A stretch of DNA of 38,490 bases from positions 186,001-224,490 of the forward strand of contig QPGO01000137.1 of the NCBI GenBank assembly GCA_008632985.1, read 5' to 3'. Of the stretch, positions 11,131 to 24,530 are shown one piece after another (position 1 is the first letter of the stretch; each line of letters starts with the position of its first letter). The notes under the pieces are model-generated. The model was not told the origin of the DNA and did no database searches. It saw nothing but the letters and a program-made list of their open reading frames with translations. Source of the DNA: Psammoneis japonica (Eukaryota). The translations under genes were made by a program, and so were the position numbers.

Positions 11131-13722
11131 GAAAGAGTGACAAATGATCACATCAGAAAATCCAGTCTTTTGGTGAAGAAAAGCGATTTCAATCAATGCC
11201 AACAGAAATGTTGTTTGTGCCTGCATTTTGCATTGCCAAATTGTGCCATTTTGAATTGTTTGGAAATGATGTCATTTGTGTTTCTGCACAAATCTTTTGT
11301 GAGCATGACACAGGAAATTGTTCAGCATGTTGCCAGTGCAATTTTGTGTGCTGTTTTTCTTTCACAATTGAACATGATGCAAGTTGCACAATGTCAAATG
11401 AGTTGGATTTGTGTTGTGATTTGCAGATCATTTTCAGCTGCAATCTGTTTTGATCAAAAGCGATTGTTTGCTTCTTGGTTGGTGAATTTTGACATTGACA
11501 ATTTGTCATGACAGCCCATTTCCATCAGTGATTCGTTCTCATTTGGAAATGTTCTCATGATCAAAAGTTTGTTCTGTTTTTGCCTGATCAACCTGACCAG
11601 AATGGTTTTGTGTGACAAAGCGCCAGAGTCGCTTGTTTGACAAGTTGTGAACTCTGAGTTGCAATCCATGCTGGGATTTGATCCTCTGTGTCAATCTTGT
11701 CAGAGCAGAGCATGTTGTTGCTGTGACAACCTTGCCTCTCTGAAAGACAGAGACAAAACATTGTTGAAATCGACAATGAAAATGGGTTGGTCTCAACCAA
11801 AATTGAGTGAGAAAAAAGAAATTGCAAATCACTGTAAATGCAAGGGACATCTTTTGAATCAATGTCCCATGATTCAAAATTTGTTGTTGTTGTCTGGAAG
11901 TTGTGGTTTTGTTGAACATGGCATTCCTTGTTTTGACACTTGCACAGAATGTCAAAAAGGAGTTAACAACGCCAACAACACACCAAAGTTTGCCATCACA
12001 AATTTACAGATTGGCAAAGCACCAGAAGTTTTGGCTTGTTTGTGGATGAAGTGGAGCCATCTTTTGTTTCTCAAGGTGTCATTGATCGTCATGCATTTCA
12101 GTGTTGTGGCGGACAGCACAAGTCTGTAAAGTTGTGGCATCAAATGCATGCCAACAATGCAGAACATGGAATGGCATCATTTGAGAGGTGTGATGAGCAC
12201 TGCATGCCTGAGGATGTAACATGTGCGCTGAGTGGTCCTTTCACAAAAGAACAAAAAGACATTGCCGTTTGCAACATGACCATCAATTGGGGAAAGATTG
12301 TTCGTGCACTAAAATGGTCAACCAAAAACAACCGATTGTGCTGTGGAATGAGGTCACCTGACAAGATTGAAATTCCACAACCTGGGGTTTTAGATCATTC
12401 TGCAACAATGGATGGATTGTCATCTAAGATGGAAGCTGTGTTTGAAGCCACCATCACATTTCCACAGCCAGATGAAACAGATCAAAATCACACAGGACAT
12501 GAAAACAGAGAGAACAGCACATGAAAGAGGTTTTAAATGACAAGAGATTTTTTCACATGATTTCACAATCAACTTCTGCCCCTGTAAAAAGTTTAGATGG
12601 CAACAACTTGCTTGGGTGCTTTCCTTTGCAATTTCCATTTGGCAATGGAGCTGGGTCTGATGAGGCAGATGGGGCTCAGTGTGTGAAACATTTGGCCAAC
12701 TCAAGCAAACCCAGTTTTCAAAAAGCAGAATTTTTGCTGCCACTGTCAGTGCATCAATCTAGATTGCAATCAGCGAGAGGTGCGTTGATTGGAGCTGACT
12801 GCAAAATGAGTGAAGACAGAACCACGACAAATGTCATGAACGACATTGATCTTTCAAAGTGGACACTGCCTTGGGAGAAATTCACAATCAAACTAAATCC
12901 ATGCTTGGTCGGACCAGAGCAAAAACAAAGATGCAGGAAGATTGCTAGATTGCATTTCTGCGATGTCAAAAAAACTTCCATTTTCTGATGATGCTGCCAA
13001 AGAAGAAAGAAAGAAACTTTTTTCTCTTTGCATTGAGCTCAATCTTCCTGCCACATTTTTGAGCATGTGTCCAGATGACACCTCCAATTGGCACATGAAA
13101 GTTCAATTGACAAATTCTTCTAAAGCACCCAGCTGCAAATCTACAGAAGCAACAGATGACCACTTGGCAGATTGTGCAAAAATGCGCGTCAAATGCCCTG
13201 GTTTGTCAACCTTAAATTTTGAAAACATCATTGACATGGTGCCATCGGATGTCATTGGTTGGGACATTAAAAACAATTGCAGCAAACAGGAAGGAGGAAA
13301 TTTTGGCAAAACAGAAGCATGGTTTGCCCCAGTCAAGGAACAACGAAATGACACATTGCACACACATTTTCTCATTTGGATCAAGGGTGGTCGGTTGCTG
13401 CTTTTTTAGCTCAAATTCGGCTGAACTTTTCCTGAATTTCACTGTGCTTCACCATGGCAAAAACAACAAGCCACAAGTCTGTGACGGAGGTGGCCCATCT
13501 GCCAACTCTCATTTGTTTTGTGTTTGTTGTGTGTCAAAGATTGCACATGCATGAAAAGTTGGCAGACAGCAAACTGCGTCATTGAGAAATGTTGATGATT
13601 GTCATCATCGTCGTGCTTCAATCGCGGTGTTGATGGCTCTTGTTTTCGTGTGCGATCGGGTGTGACTGCGAACAATTCTTGTTTTTAAAAACAAACACTG
13701 CAAAAAACCTTGTTCAAATGCA

Positions 13723-14870
13723 ATGGCAATTTCAGGACAAACCCGGGGATGACCCCCCCCCCAAACTTCAAGGCCCTGACCTGCACACAATGCTTGGTTG
13801 ACACACACCTGACTGCAAGGTGCCTCTCCGGGTCCCTCCCCTTGAGGCAAAACACTCAACTGGCCAGACCATGAGAGTGCAGCCGGTCCATCAAGAAGCT
13901 GCAGGTGGAGGAGGCCCTTGAAAATGGGGCAACTCCAACCGCAGCCATTTACGTCAATGGCGCATGCTGCCAAAAGTTCCAAAAGAAGCGCCTCCCCAAT
14001 CCAAAGTTGTCTGGAATCTGTGAGGAGACAAACAGACTCTGCTGCGGAAAGGTGGAGGATGTCTCGTCTTGTGACCATGGTCCGCCCAAATGTGTGTTGG
14101 CCAAAGACAGCAAGGAGGGCCACATGGAAGCCAAGAACTGCCTCCTCCGCCAGCTCGTCAATGACCCAGACATGGCCAAGAAATTGAGTTCATTCAACAA
14201 CCTCAAAGCTCAAAGGCAAAAGGAGCAGCTCAACAAAATCCTCAACAGCCATTTGATGGGTCAATGCTGCATCACTGCCAGCAAGTTCCTCCAGGATTGG
14301 GGCTTGAAAGCCTTTGCAGAGTTGGGTGTTGCTGCCGTGGCTGTGTGTCAACAGCTCGGCATTGAAGATGTCAACACCGATGACACAACCGACTTGAACA
14401 AAGTCACGCTGATGAATGCCGATCTGCAAGAAGAACTGGCTCAGCTCACATGCGAAGTCATTTGACATGAAGCCAAGTTCAAAGAAACCAACGCCAGTGT
14501 GGAGGCCATGAGGGAAGAGTTGGCAATCATTGGCTGTCAGCATCAAGACTTTATCCAAGCCCAGCAAGCTGCCAACGCAGCCATCAGCAAGTTGAGCGAC
14601 CGGGTTGACAATGTCAAGGAGGCACTCAATCAAGTCAACAGCATCGTTGCTCATGGTTTGGAGCAGCAGAAGTTCAATGACATTCCATCAGGAAAGAGTT
14701 TTGTTGCCTTGCTGTCTTTGGATGATGCTGGCGCCACCGCCCTCAACGTCACCACGGATGTGGCCAAGAGCACCAGCTCTTGCGATCATGATGAAAGTCT
14801 TGTTGGTGAGGCTGTGTCCACTGATCTGGATGCCACGAAGGTGAGACAGTTTCGTGAATGCAATGGCTGA
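13723..14870 (+). pseudogene. Unknown coiled-coil protein remnant within an insertion that splits the Helitron Rep domain
   Basis: ORFs 13905-14465 and 14499-14870 share a frame, separated by one TGA. Heptad-like segment (LQEELAQL..VEAMREELAII..ISKLSDRVDNVKEALNQV). Visibly more GC-rich than the flanking Helitron DNA. Confidence 0.55.
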
Positions 14871-17800
14871 CAATCTTCATTCTGCTGACAAAAAAAGCAT
14901 GATGAAGCCATTGATTCAACGACTTCTTTTGCAAATCAAATTCCATCATCTGAGTGTTTCAACAGCAAACCTTTTCCCAATGACAGACAAAAAACAATTG
15001 CAGATGTGATCGAGCACCACCACAAAAAGAATGGTTGTTGCAGCCCACACTTTGAACAATGTTCTCCACAAAAATTGTGAAATGTGAGGTGCAAATTTTG
15101 TCCAAAAAATCACCTTCACAAATCAATCACAACATGCAAAACTTGTGAACAAGACTGTGCCACAGATGATCTTGTGAAAGAGTGCTGTGAAGACCTTTCT
15201 AAAAAATTCACATTGAACTGCATTGTGAGAGATCTGATTTGCATCAGCTAAAACATTTGATGTCAAACTGCAGCTGTGAAGAAATGCATCATCAAATGGC
15301 AAATTTTGTTTCTTCAGTGACACAAAATCTTCATCAACATGCTTTCACTTGTTTCAAAAAAGGAGAAGAAGGCAGATGTTTTCTTCCAAAAGAACAATGT
15401 AAGAGGACAGCATGTTGTGACTGTGAAGATGAAAAGATTCCTTGGTTTTTAGTTGGGATGGCAAAAAAATGAATGGAGTGTCATGCACGATGGAAACAGA
15501 ACGACATCCGATGGATGCACATGTCAATCAACACAATCCATTGATCTCAACACTGTTCAATTGCAGCGCCAATGCTCAATGTGGTGTGGGTGGGTCGCAC
15601 ATTGTGCGTTGCACCTGTTGTGCAACCAAATCAAACAAAAAGAAGAAAAACAGGCCACGGTGGATGCACGTCAATGGTCACTTGGATTGTTAAAAAAAGA
15701 AATGAGAGATCAAAACAACAGTGTTGGAAACCAGGCTCTGTTGTGGCTTCTGCTGAAAACTGCACTGTTGGAGGACCCTTGGCAAAATTTCCAATCAAGC
15801 ACAATTCCAGGTTTTCATGTTTCCAGTCATTCGCACCTGTGCCTTTTGGAGACTTTTGTGAAGAAAGAAGCGCTCTCACCAATTTGCACATGCTTCAAAA
15901 AAACAAAGCTTTTCTCAGCAGCAGCAGAGATGCTTGTTTTCATCAACCATCTGAGCCAAATTCTCTGAGTCCCTGTGAATTTTGCGCCAAATGCAAAGTT
16001 GTGAACAAACCTTGAAAAAAGGAAAACTAAATGGATCTGCTGTCTTTTCGTTCTGATGCACCACCTTCTTGTAAAAATCTTTGGGTTTCTCTAAGAGATG
16101 TGGAGGTTGTTCCATTGGCGTGCCATGGCTTGATGAAACATGATGGCAAAAACTCTGGTGGTGACATGTTTGTAGATGAAAACATCAACGACGGCAATCG
16201 TGCATCCATCGAAGACCATTGTCAAAAAATCATGTTTCTCTTCTGGAATTTTTGTCCAGAAGACACACACGAAATCGACAGTTCGCATCATCTGAAATTG
16301 AAGTCTCCAATTGAAAATGATGAGCTTGACAAAGGATGTGATGTTGAATTGCAAAATGTGCAAAATTGCAAAAACAGTTTGAATGCTTGCAGAATGCCTG
16401 AACAACTTGACAGAAAAACGATTGAACCGATTGACACCAAAGATGATTGAAGCAAGAAACCCAAAGCAACGCCAAAGGAAATGACAGATCACATTGATGA
16501 AAAATTGTCAAACATTGCAATTGACACGAACAACACATTGTTGTCGGTCGAAAACAACACAAGTGATTCGAAGGCAGACAATGCAAACAATGACGTGATG
16601 AGACAAAGAGCATCTGGCAGAGCTGGTGTGGGGAATGTAACTCCTCCATCTGTTGTTGAAGATTCAGATCCATTTTCAGAGTGCTTGGTTGCAAACAAAC
16701 AAAATGAAGAAGAGCAACCATCCAAACAACAAAAAACCAAAGACACAAGAGCATTTCCAGCATTGACCATGGACCGATTGTTGACAGCAAAAGCCAAGAG
16801 CATTCGCAGAAATGTTCAACACACAAATGACAAAGAAATGTTTGTGAAAAAGGTGGAAGCAACTGGATCACCTGCTTCAACAACCGCGTGGGCAAATGAT
16901 GCTTTTTGTGACAAGAAAATGAAACAAGCAGGCAAAAAGCAAAAAGGAGCTTTCCAATGTGCAGTTGCCAAATTTGTGCTTCAACATGTTCCAGCTCAAT
17001 GTGCAGAAGTGCATCATGCATCAAAAGCAAGAAGCACGCCAGTGAAATGGAAATCTGAATTGTGCGAGCTGAGAGGTTTGCACCCTGACAGAAAAAATTG
17101 AAGATGAGAATGTTTTTAACTGGCTCTGGTGGTTCTGGGAAAAGCCATGTTGTGAACAACATCATCGCACATGCTTCGAGATTTTGTGATTTAATCAAGC
17201 AAAAATTTGACAAGAGAACCACAGTTGCAACAGCTTTGGCTGGGGTTGCAGCAACCAGCATGCTTGGAGAACAACACACAGTGGTTTGTGAATTGATCCA
17301 AGAACTGGAAAATCAAGTGCAAAGTTAGAAAGTTCAGATGCCTCCAACACAACAAAAGAATGGAGAGAAGTTAAAATGTCAACAATCGATGAGATGTCAT
17401 TTGCAAATGTCAAAATGATTCAATCCATCAACAGTGCTTTACATGTGCTAAAACAAGACTTGAGTCGTGCTTGTGGTGGATTGCCAATGATGTCAAGTGG
17501 AGATTTTTTTCAGTTGGATCCTGTTGGCAATGACAACAACTTGATTTGTGTGGACAACACTTTAGATTTGTGGTTTGCAGAGATCAATTGCTTCATTGAG
17601 CTTGACGGGGGGCACAGATTTGACAACAAAATTTGTCAGAGTCTTCTAGAAAGGTTGCAATGTGGTGAAATGACAGACACAGACACAAAACTCACAAACT
17701 CTAGAATGGTTGGAAATGAAAACATTGAGTTTGCAAACATGCCCAACAACTTGCAAATTGCATGTCACACGAACAAAGACAGGAACACAAACAACAGCAA

Positions 17801-18514
17801 TGTCTTTTTAAGTCATTTAAAAAATGTGCGCTCACAGGAAAAGGAAAACACCACACCAAAACACACGCTGGTTGTAAAATCAAGTGGTGATCACAAATGG
17901 TCGCACAATTCATCAACTCTTGCACAATCAGCCCCAAAAGATTTCTTTGACAAAGTTGCTGAATGTGGCTGCAAAACAGTTTCAGATGATCATTTTGTTG
18001 ACCCGCTGTTAAAGCTTTGCAAAGGCACTCCAATCATGTCAGTTAAAAATGAAGATGTGCCAAATGGCGCTGCAAATGGAGCATTGTGCAAGTTGCACAA
18101 AATGGCAATTTGTCCAGGAGTGGAGGAACACATGACTCCCATGCTCCTGGATGGATTTTGGGTCAACTCCACAGAGGCCCATCACATGGAAAAACTGGTT
18201 TTAAAGCACGGGCCCAATTTCTTGGAAGAACATGAGATTTGTGGGGGGAGTCATGACTGCAAAGCACATTTTCCCATGAACTTTCTTCCTGAACATGCAA
18301 AGGAAACAAGACATGTGGCTCGAATGTCATTTCATCAATTTTGTGGCATTGTCAACAACTGCACAACCACTCACAAACTTCAAGGACAAACAAGAGACAA
18401 CCTCTGTGTCACAGCTTGGAATGAATCGAAAAGTTGGGCTTGTGTTGCTCTTTTGAGAGTCAAGACCTTAAATGGTCTTTTTGTCAAAAAACCCATTGAC
18501 AGAACCTTTGACAT

Positions 18515-18536
18515 CCCCCCCCCCCCCCCCCCCCCC
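18515..18536 (+). repeat. Poly-C tract (22 nt)
   Basis: Directly visible at the 3' end of the helicase region. Confidence 0.95.
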
Positions 18537-18795
18537 AAACAAATTGCTTTGAATGATGGATTTGTTTCATTGAACTGAACAACCACACCCTGCAAGTGAT
18601 TGCTGTTGGCCACATCACAATGACGTTCTTGAGAATGTCTTTGGTTGCAGTTGGGGAAAGCTGAAACGGATTTTAATTTCAAAGTCCTGGCACGGTCTTT
18701 TGTCAAAACGTTTGACAACCCACCTCCCATGAGCCAGTTGGCATGATTTCTACAATTGCAACTTGAGTGCAACAAATGTGGTCAAACTGACACAA

Positions 18796-20363
18796 TCACA
18801 ATGAAAATGATTCATCACCAGACAATGAACTGAAATCACTTTCCTCAGATTCTTCAACTGAAGCACAAACACAATCTTCATCACCATTTTTCATGTCGTT
18901 GCTGAGCTCACTTTTGGCAATCTCATCTTCTGGGGCATTGTCCGCAGCAACCCTTTTGACTGCTCTGATGTCCTTGAGCTCTTTGTTGGCTTTTCCTGAC
19001 AAATCCACAGACTCATCACAATTGTCAATGCACCTGGGTGAGTGCAGCTTTTGTTTTGTGGAGTCAAAATGCCCAACACCAAAAAAAGCCTGAATCATCT
19101 CCAATGTTGCCAAGCTGCAATTGTGGCTGACCACTGCATTCACTGACACCCTCTCCACAATGTTGGCAGGATGCACAACAGGACCTGCAGCTCTCATCTG
19201 AATGGGGCTCAATGTGATGCCACACTCTGGAACACAAGCACTTTCTTGGTTTTTCATCTTTGTTGGTTTTGGACAGTCTTTGATTTGATGCTTCATGCGA
19301 TGTTTCCTGGAGCTGCGTTTCTCCAAAGTGCAATTTAACAGCTCTGCAATGGTCTCATAAAATTCATGCTTCTTGACTTCCAAACACTTTCCAAGAAGTC
19401 TCAATGTGCTTTTCCAAACTTTGTCACCCAAAGAAAATTTGAGCAGCCAATGTGAACTTTTCACATGTCGTTGCATCCAACGAAAATTCAAAAACAATCC
19501 AACCACCATGCACAAAATGAAATGCTCTGGTTTCTTGTTCAATTGTCTTTTGATTCAAAACAGCACATGAAACAGTTGAAAAATGCAAAACAATGTCGCA
19601 CATGATTTTAAACGACATGCAGAGAAACCACTCATCCAAAAGATTTTTCGTTGGTTGAAACCTTCTGTTGCTTTTCAAGTTGGGGAAATTTTCACGACAT
19701 TTGACTGCATCATCATCAAACAATTCATTTCCAATCAACTTGCAAACATGACACAGAAGTTTCTGCATCTCCGGCCGCTGCACTTCGTTCTTGTCAAATT
19801 GACAGAAAATGATTCAGTCAATGTGACTTAAAACATGACACACTTCTGATTGTTTTCTTTTGATTGAGGAAAACAAAATCACTTGCCTTGCAATCAACAA
19901 TTTTGACTTCTTTGAAGTTCAACATCATAAAAACAGGATTGTTTTTGCTCTCTTTGAACTTGGACAAACATGGAATGAATGCACCCAACTTGAACTCTAA
20001 TCCGGGAAATTCCTTCAATGACAAACATGCTTGACCAAGTTCACGGGCTTGCAAATTTCCTTCCACAAGCCTTCCCATGAATGAATCTCCTTTGTTGAAG
20101 CTGCGCGTGAGTTTGCTGATGTTCCAAACACAGTTGGAAACTTGATCCTTCAACCACAAACATGCTTTGTCCATTTCATCAGGCAATTCCGACGGCAAAG
20201 TCAACAAGGGATTAAAACAACTGACACATCTGCATTTTTCATCCATTGGAGCTGCGGCGTTTTCTGTTTTGCTTTTCTGTTCCATCACACTCTTTCTTCC
20301 TGACATCTTCTGAAATGATTTCCTTTTTCTCCTGCTTTCTTTTGTCTGTTCCAAATGCAACAC
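18796..20363 (-). pseudogene. Unknown decayed gene convergent with the Helitron helicase (possible accessory gene)
   Basis: Consecutive minus-strand ORFs 19818-20363, 19424-19783 and 18796-19542 with protein-like composition and an acidic, Ser-rich C-terminus. No domain recognised. Confidence 0.4.
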
Positions 20364-20894
20364 ATCATTGTGATGTAAAATGCTTCACTTTGCAAAACTC
20401 ACTCGTGTCATTTTTCAATTTGTTCAGTGCAACACCCAAAAATCACACAAAGCAGATCAAGTTTTTTGCTCAACACACCAACTGCAATGGCATCAACAAT
20501 CTTTTGCAACAACCAAGTGGCAAAAAAGGTGCCAAACGACTCTTTTTCTCTCAACAGAAAAGTTGGATAAAAATGATGCTGTTTGATTTTATCTTGATGG
20601 ACATCACACACAAAAAACTTGAAAGCAACCACTGTCAAACCTCCGATGCCAAATGTGATTTTCATCAACTGTGACATTCACACGCGCATTGCTTTGTCAA
20701 TCAAATGCTGTCTAAAATGCCAGTCTGAAGCTGTCCGCACTCCCAAGCTGGGGAGCCCACATCCCAGAGTCTTTTGTCATTGTCGACGTAGAGTGTTTTC
20801 AAGTTTGACACAGAAGCACCGCAGCACAGCATTGAACGTTGTTGACTGTGTTGACCATTTGGCACTGGGCAACAACAACACACAAAAAGCAAAA

Positions 20895-22130
20895 ATGCAC
20901 ACAGCAATGAGAGCCAAGTCTGAGCCTGCCCAACTGCAGAGGGTCTCCAACAAAAGGCCCCATTTTCTGGTGTGGTGTCAGAAACCATTGGCTTCATTTC
21001 TGGTGCTGTCAGCTCTCAGCTCTCCAGTTCTCAACATTTTCATGGCAACGTCTTGGTGGCCATCAAAATGCCATGGCTGCTGCTTTGGCAACAACAACAG
21101 CAGTCGTCAACATTGCAGAATCTCCACCTCGTGTATTTGCTTGTCAGAATGAACACAACGGAAACAATCAATTCCAAAATGCACTTCAAGACGTTCTGCC
21201 CAAGCACTCGATGGAAAGTTTGCAAAACGTGGGATGAGGCAGATTTCAAGGCAAAGAGCTTGAAGATTTGCAAGGAAAGCATGTCACACGTGAGTGTGAC
21301 CTTTTCCAACTGGCAGATGGTGGCTTTTGTGCAGCCATTGTAGAGCACTGGACAAGACATCATTTTCATGGAAAATTGGTTTTGTTTGGTGGAGAAGACC
21401 TCGACGTGAAGGATGATTTGCACGTGCCTCTTCTGCGGGATGATTTTGTCCATTGCCTTGGGCCAGTGCCGTCAGACACATTTCATCCCAATGCTTTGAG
21501 GATTTTCCATCTGCAGTTTGTTTGGTGGTTTGAACTGTGCAAAAAGGGACATGACAAATTGCTGGACCATGGAGAAAAGCCAAAAAGCACAAAGAAGCAC
21601 TTTTTGATTTACAGCCAATCCAACTGCACTCCATTCTGGGGGCAGCATGCGACGAGATTTCAAAGCTTGGGCGGGTGCATCATGGTGTGCGGGTGAAGTT
21701 GCAAGTGAAAACAAGACAAAAATCGACAAAGGCATCATGCTGGCAAACTGGGCAGACAACATTCAATCCCACCGTGAGTGCAGGTTTTGTCTTGTCATGG
21801 AACACAGTGCCCATGATGGCTGCATGATGGAAAAGATGTCAACGGCCTTTAAGGCGGGTTGTGTTCCCATTTGCTGTGACACCCGCGACACATTTCATCT
21901 GTTCAACAAGGACGCCTTTGTCTTTGGTGATGCACACAATGCAACACCGGCTCTGGAACATGCTCAAATGCTCAAATCCAATTGGATGGAATGTGAAGGA
22001 GTTGCCAATGTGCCAACACTGGCACATGGACAGGATGCAGTGGAAGAATGCTTTTCGTTTCATGAAGATGTGGGAGGAAAAAGGCTGAAATGGTGAGTGA
22101 GGAGTTTGCTTGGGATTGATGACAAGTTTG
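20895..22130 (+). pseudogene. Glycosyltransferase family 10 (alpha-1,3/4-fucosyltransferase-like) pseudogene
   Basis: ECRFCLVMEHSAHDGCMMEKMSTAFKAGCVPICCDT..LFNKDAFVF fits the GT10 motif YxFxLxxEN...GYxTEK...AxxxGxVPIYxG with Tyr read as Cys. Upstream KHFLIYSQSNC and an N-terminal hydrophobic anchor (LASFLVLSALSSPVLNIF). Several frameshifts. Confidence 0.85.
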
Positions 22131-22381
22131 CATTTGTGACATGAGCGTGTGTGGCAATGCAGTTTTATGTGCCTTGTGTTGCAGCAAAGGATTTGTGGAA
22201 TTCCTGCATTGTTCCAAGATGGAGGTTGCCATTGTGCTTGGCAAGCGACAAGCAATCGAACAAACAAACTTGCAAGAATGCTTTCAGCTGTGCATTGCCT
22301 TGCTCGCTTTCTCTGCAGCGGAGTGATGGGGGAATGCCGCTCCCCACTCAAGTCATTGTGGCCAAGTCAGAACAGCTGAGC

Positions 22382-23460
22382 ATGAACATTCCATCATCAA
22401 TTTGACAACAAAGCCTTGCCAAAGTCATTCCTTGTCACAATGAGCACACAACAAATTGCGCAATGTTTCCTTTGTCCAAAAGAGCTGAACAGATGCTGGC
22501 AACTGTGGCTCCTGTGGCACATGCAAAACAAATCCACGCAGCCTCACAAGATGGAGTCTAAGAGCATGGGATGCATCAAGCCATCCACTGGACATGGCTG
22601 CATGTCCAGGAACAACTGGAGGCCAAGGCATCTAGAGTGGCAACCAACTTGAGGAAAGTTAGAAGCAAATTGGAGTCTTTGTGAAAACTCATGTTGTGTT
22701 CTGACAACAGCCAGCTCTGCACTGGCTGAAATGAAGGCCATCTGTGCGATTTGCTGTTCAACTCTGCAAAATTCTGTGAAGACAACAAGGCTGACTTCCA
22801 CAAAAAGATTTTGGAGTGCATGGTCACACACATTGCAGAAATGAGTGGCGCACCTTTGACATCAAAGCCGGCAGAAGCTGAGTCATTGTAGATGGTGGAT
22901 GAGCCATTGGAGGCCATTTGCAACTTTTGCCACGGGAAAGCCAAAACAATGTGGCTGCTCTCCCCAGCTCATGTGGACAGCCTTGGCTTTGCATTCAGAA
23001 ACCCCGCCAGCTGCAAACACCAGAGCAAGTCTGGAATCATGCCAATGCCTTCTGTGCCACATTTGAAGCAAGTCAAGAAAGCCATGGCACCCAAGGAGAG
23101 GACATTCCCAAGCATCTGCAGGTGGGCTGTGGAGGCCTTCACAGGTTGCTCTTTCAAGAAGGTGGTTGCGGCCATTTTTTTGTGATGGCAGCAATGCTTG
23201 AGCACCTTTGTGATTGGAACACTCAGCAAAATTGAAAGGCAAAGAGGAGCTGAAGTTGGAAGACTCCAAGTCAAAAGAGCAGCAAAAGTGGTTTCTGTCA
23301 AGTCAAACTTGCCTTGCACTGTGTGCCAGTGTTTGCTGTTTCATGGTTTGTGTGGGATCTCTGTGGAAAGTGGCAGGAGACTGGGTTTTCATCCCATTCT
23401 TGCCCTCCAACACAGGTGTTCTGGAAGAACTGTTTTTCTTTGTGTGGCAACACAAAGGTG
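22382..23460 (+). pseudogene. Highly decayed coding remnant with weak resemblance to a P-element/THAP9-type transposase N-terminal region
   Basis: Protein-like frame with scattered stops. SLGFAFRNPASCKHQSKSGIMPMPSVPHLKQVK loosely recalls the SPxAYxxLR..LPSxxxL motif. No clear catalytic residues. Confidence 0.25.
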
Positions 23461-23630
23461 AGCACACCACTGAGTCAGCCCAGCACAACAGCAGCCACAA
23501 ACTTGTGGGGGGCATTCGCAGCCTTGGATGGAAGTCCCACATTTGACAGAGAAGATGTTGCCAGAGTGGAGTCACTGGACAATGATCTCACCAGTTGGAG
23601 GTGCACAGACAAACAAAGAAAAGCCACAGT

Positions 23631-23654
23631 GGGGGGGGGGGGGGGGGGGGGGGG
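23631..23654 (+). repeat. Poly-G tract (24 nt)
   Basis: Directly visible. Confidence 0.95.
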
Positions 23655-24059
23655 CAAAGGAGGTTGCAGAGCTGGAGTGCCTGAAACTCAACTTGCACCC
23701 TGGACTGGTGTCTGCTGGACAACAACAAAAAAAACAGACCCAAATTTAAAGTGCTGTCACTCCTTTTCCAGCTGTGCTGGCACTGGCTGACCCCCACACC
23801 CCCAGCACACAGTCAAGCACAGCAGGAGCTTGCACAGGATTGGCCAGAGTGGGCATCACCAGAAGGTGACATCCCACCAAGACAATGAAGAGGAATGACT
23901 CACGCAAGGGATTTGTTGCATGCTTGTTGATGACAGCCACAGAAGGCACACCACAACTGCAACTGCAACAGACAATTGCGCTTGGATGGGCTTGTAAAAT
24001 GATGGTCCACAAAAGGAGCTTTGAAGGCAAGACGAGCAGGTCATTGGAGAAAACATTCA

Positions 24060-24530
24060 TGGCATGCAGAAACAATGCTGGGTCTTGTGCAGAAAAGCCA
24101 ATGGGAGCAGCAAACAAAAGACAATCAAATGGCACCACCGGATGACTCGCGCTCTTGCTGAAAAGGGCCACAACAGAAGCAGCACATTTGCCACAAGCAC
24201 TTGATTGCATGGCAGAGAAAAGAAGTGGGGTTGAAGACTGACTGGCAAGGATGAAAGCAGTCTGGAGAAGTGACATGCAGACATTCAGTGGCAACACACA
24301 GAAACAATGCCAGATCTTGCACAGAAAAATCAATGGGAGTGCAAATGGATGACAATCAAATGACTCTGAAGGATGGCTGGTGCTCTTGCTGAAAAGGTCT
24401 GCACAACAGAAGTGGCACTTGCACCACAAAGAGTGAAGGACTTGATTGCATGGTGAGGAAAAGAAGTGGCATTGAAGACCAATTGGCGGGGACAAAAGCA
24501 GGCCGGGGAAGCGACATGCAGATCGTCAGC
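24060..24530. repeat. Diverged tandem duplication, ~232-245 bp unit
   Basis: cagaaacaatgc..caatgggag..gacaatcaaatg..gctcttgctgaaaagg..acttgattgcatgg..aaaagaagtgg..ttgaagac..gacatgcaga starts at 24067 and 24299. Confidence 0.85.

Larger units (their letters stand above)
11600..18578 (+). mobile_element. Helitron Rep/helicase (HUH endonuclease plus PIF1-like SF1 helicase) pseudogene, frameshifted and interrupted at ~13390-14860
   Basis: N-terminal PKFAITN..IGKAP; FPLQFPFG; LPATFLSMCPDD (Rep motif 1); GNFGKTEAWFAPVKEQRNDTLHTHFLIW (HUH motif 2, ~13300-13380); NLHQHAFTCFKKG; HVNQHNPLIS..HIVRCTCCATK (motif 3 YxxxY decayed, ~15600-15630); Walker A FLTGSGGSGKS (~17113-17145); IDEMSF; GGLPMMSSGDFFQLDPV; HRF; TTHKLQGQT; ACVALLRVKTLNGL. 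Element termini not located. Confidence 0.92.

Noticed and set aside
16230..17279. 349-aa minus-strand ORF
   Set aside because: Antisense to the Helitron linker and helicase start; no domain features.
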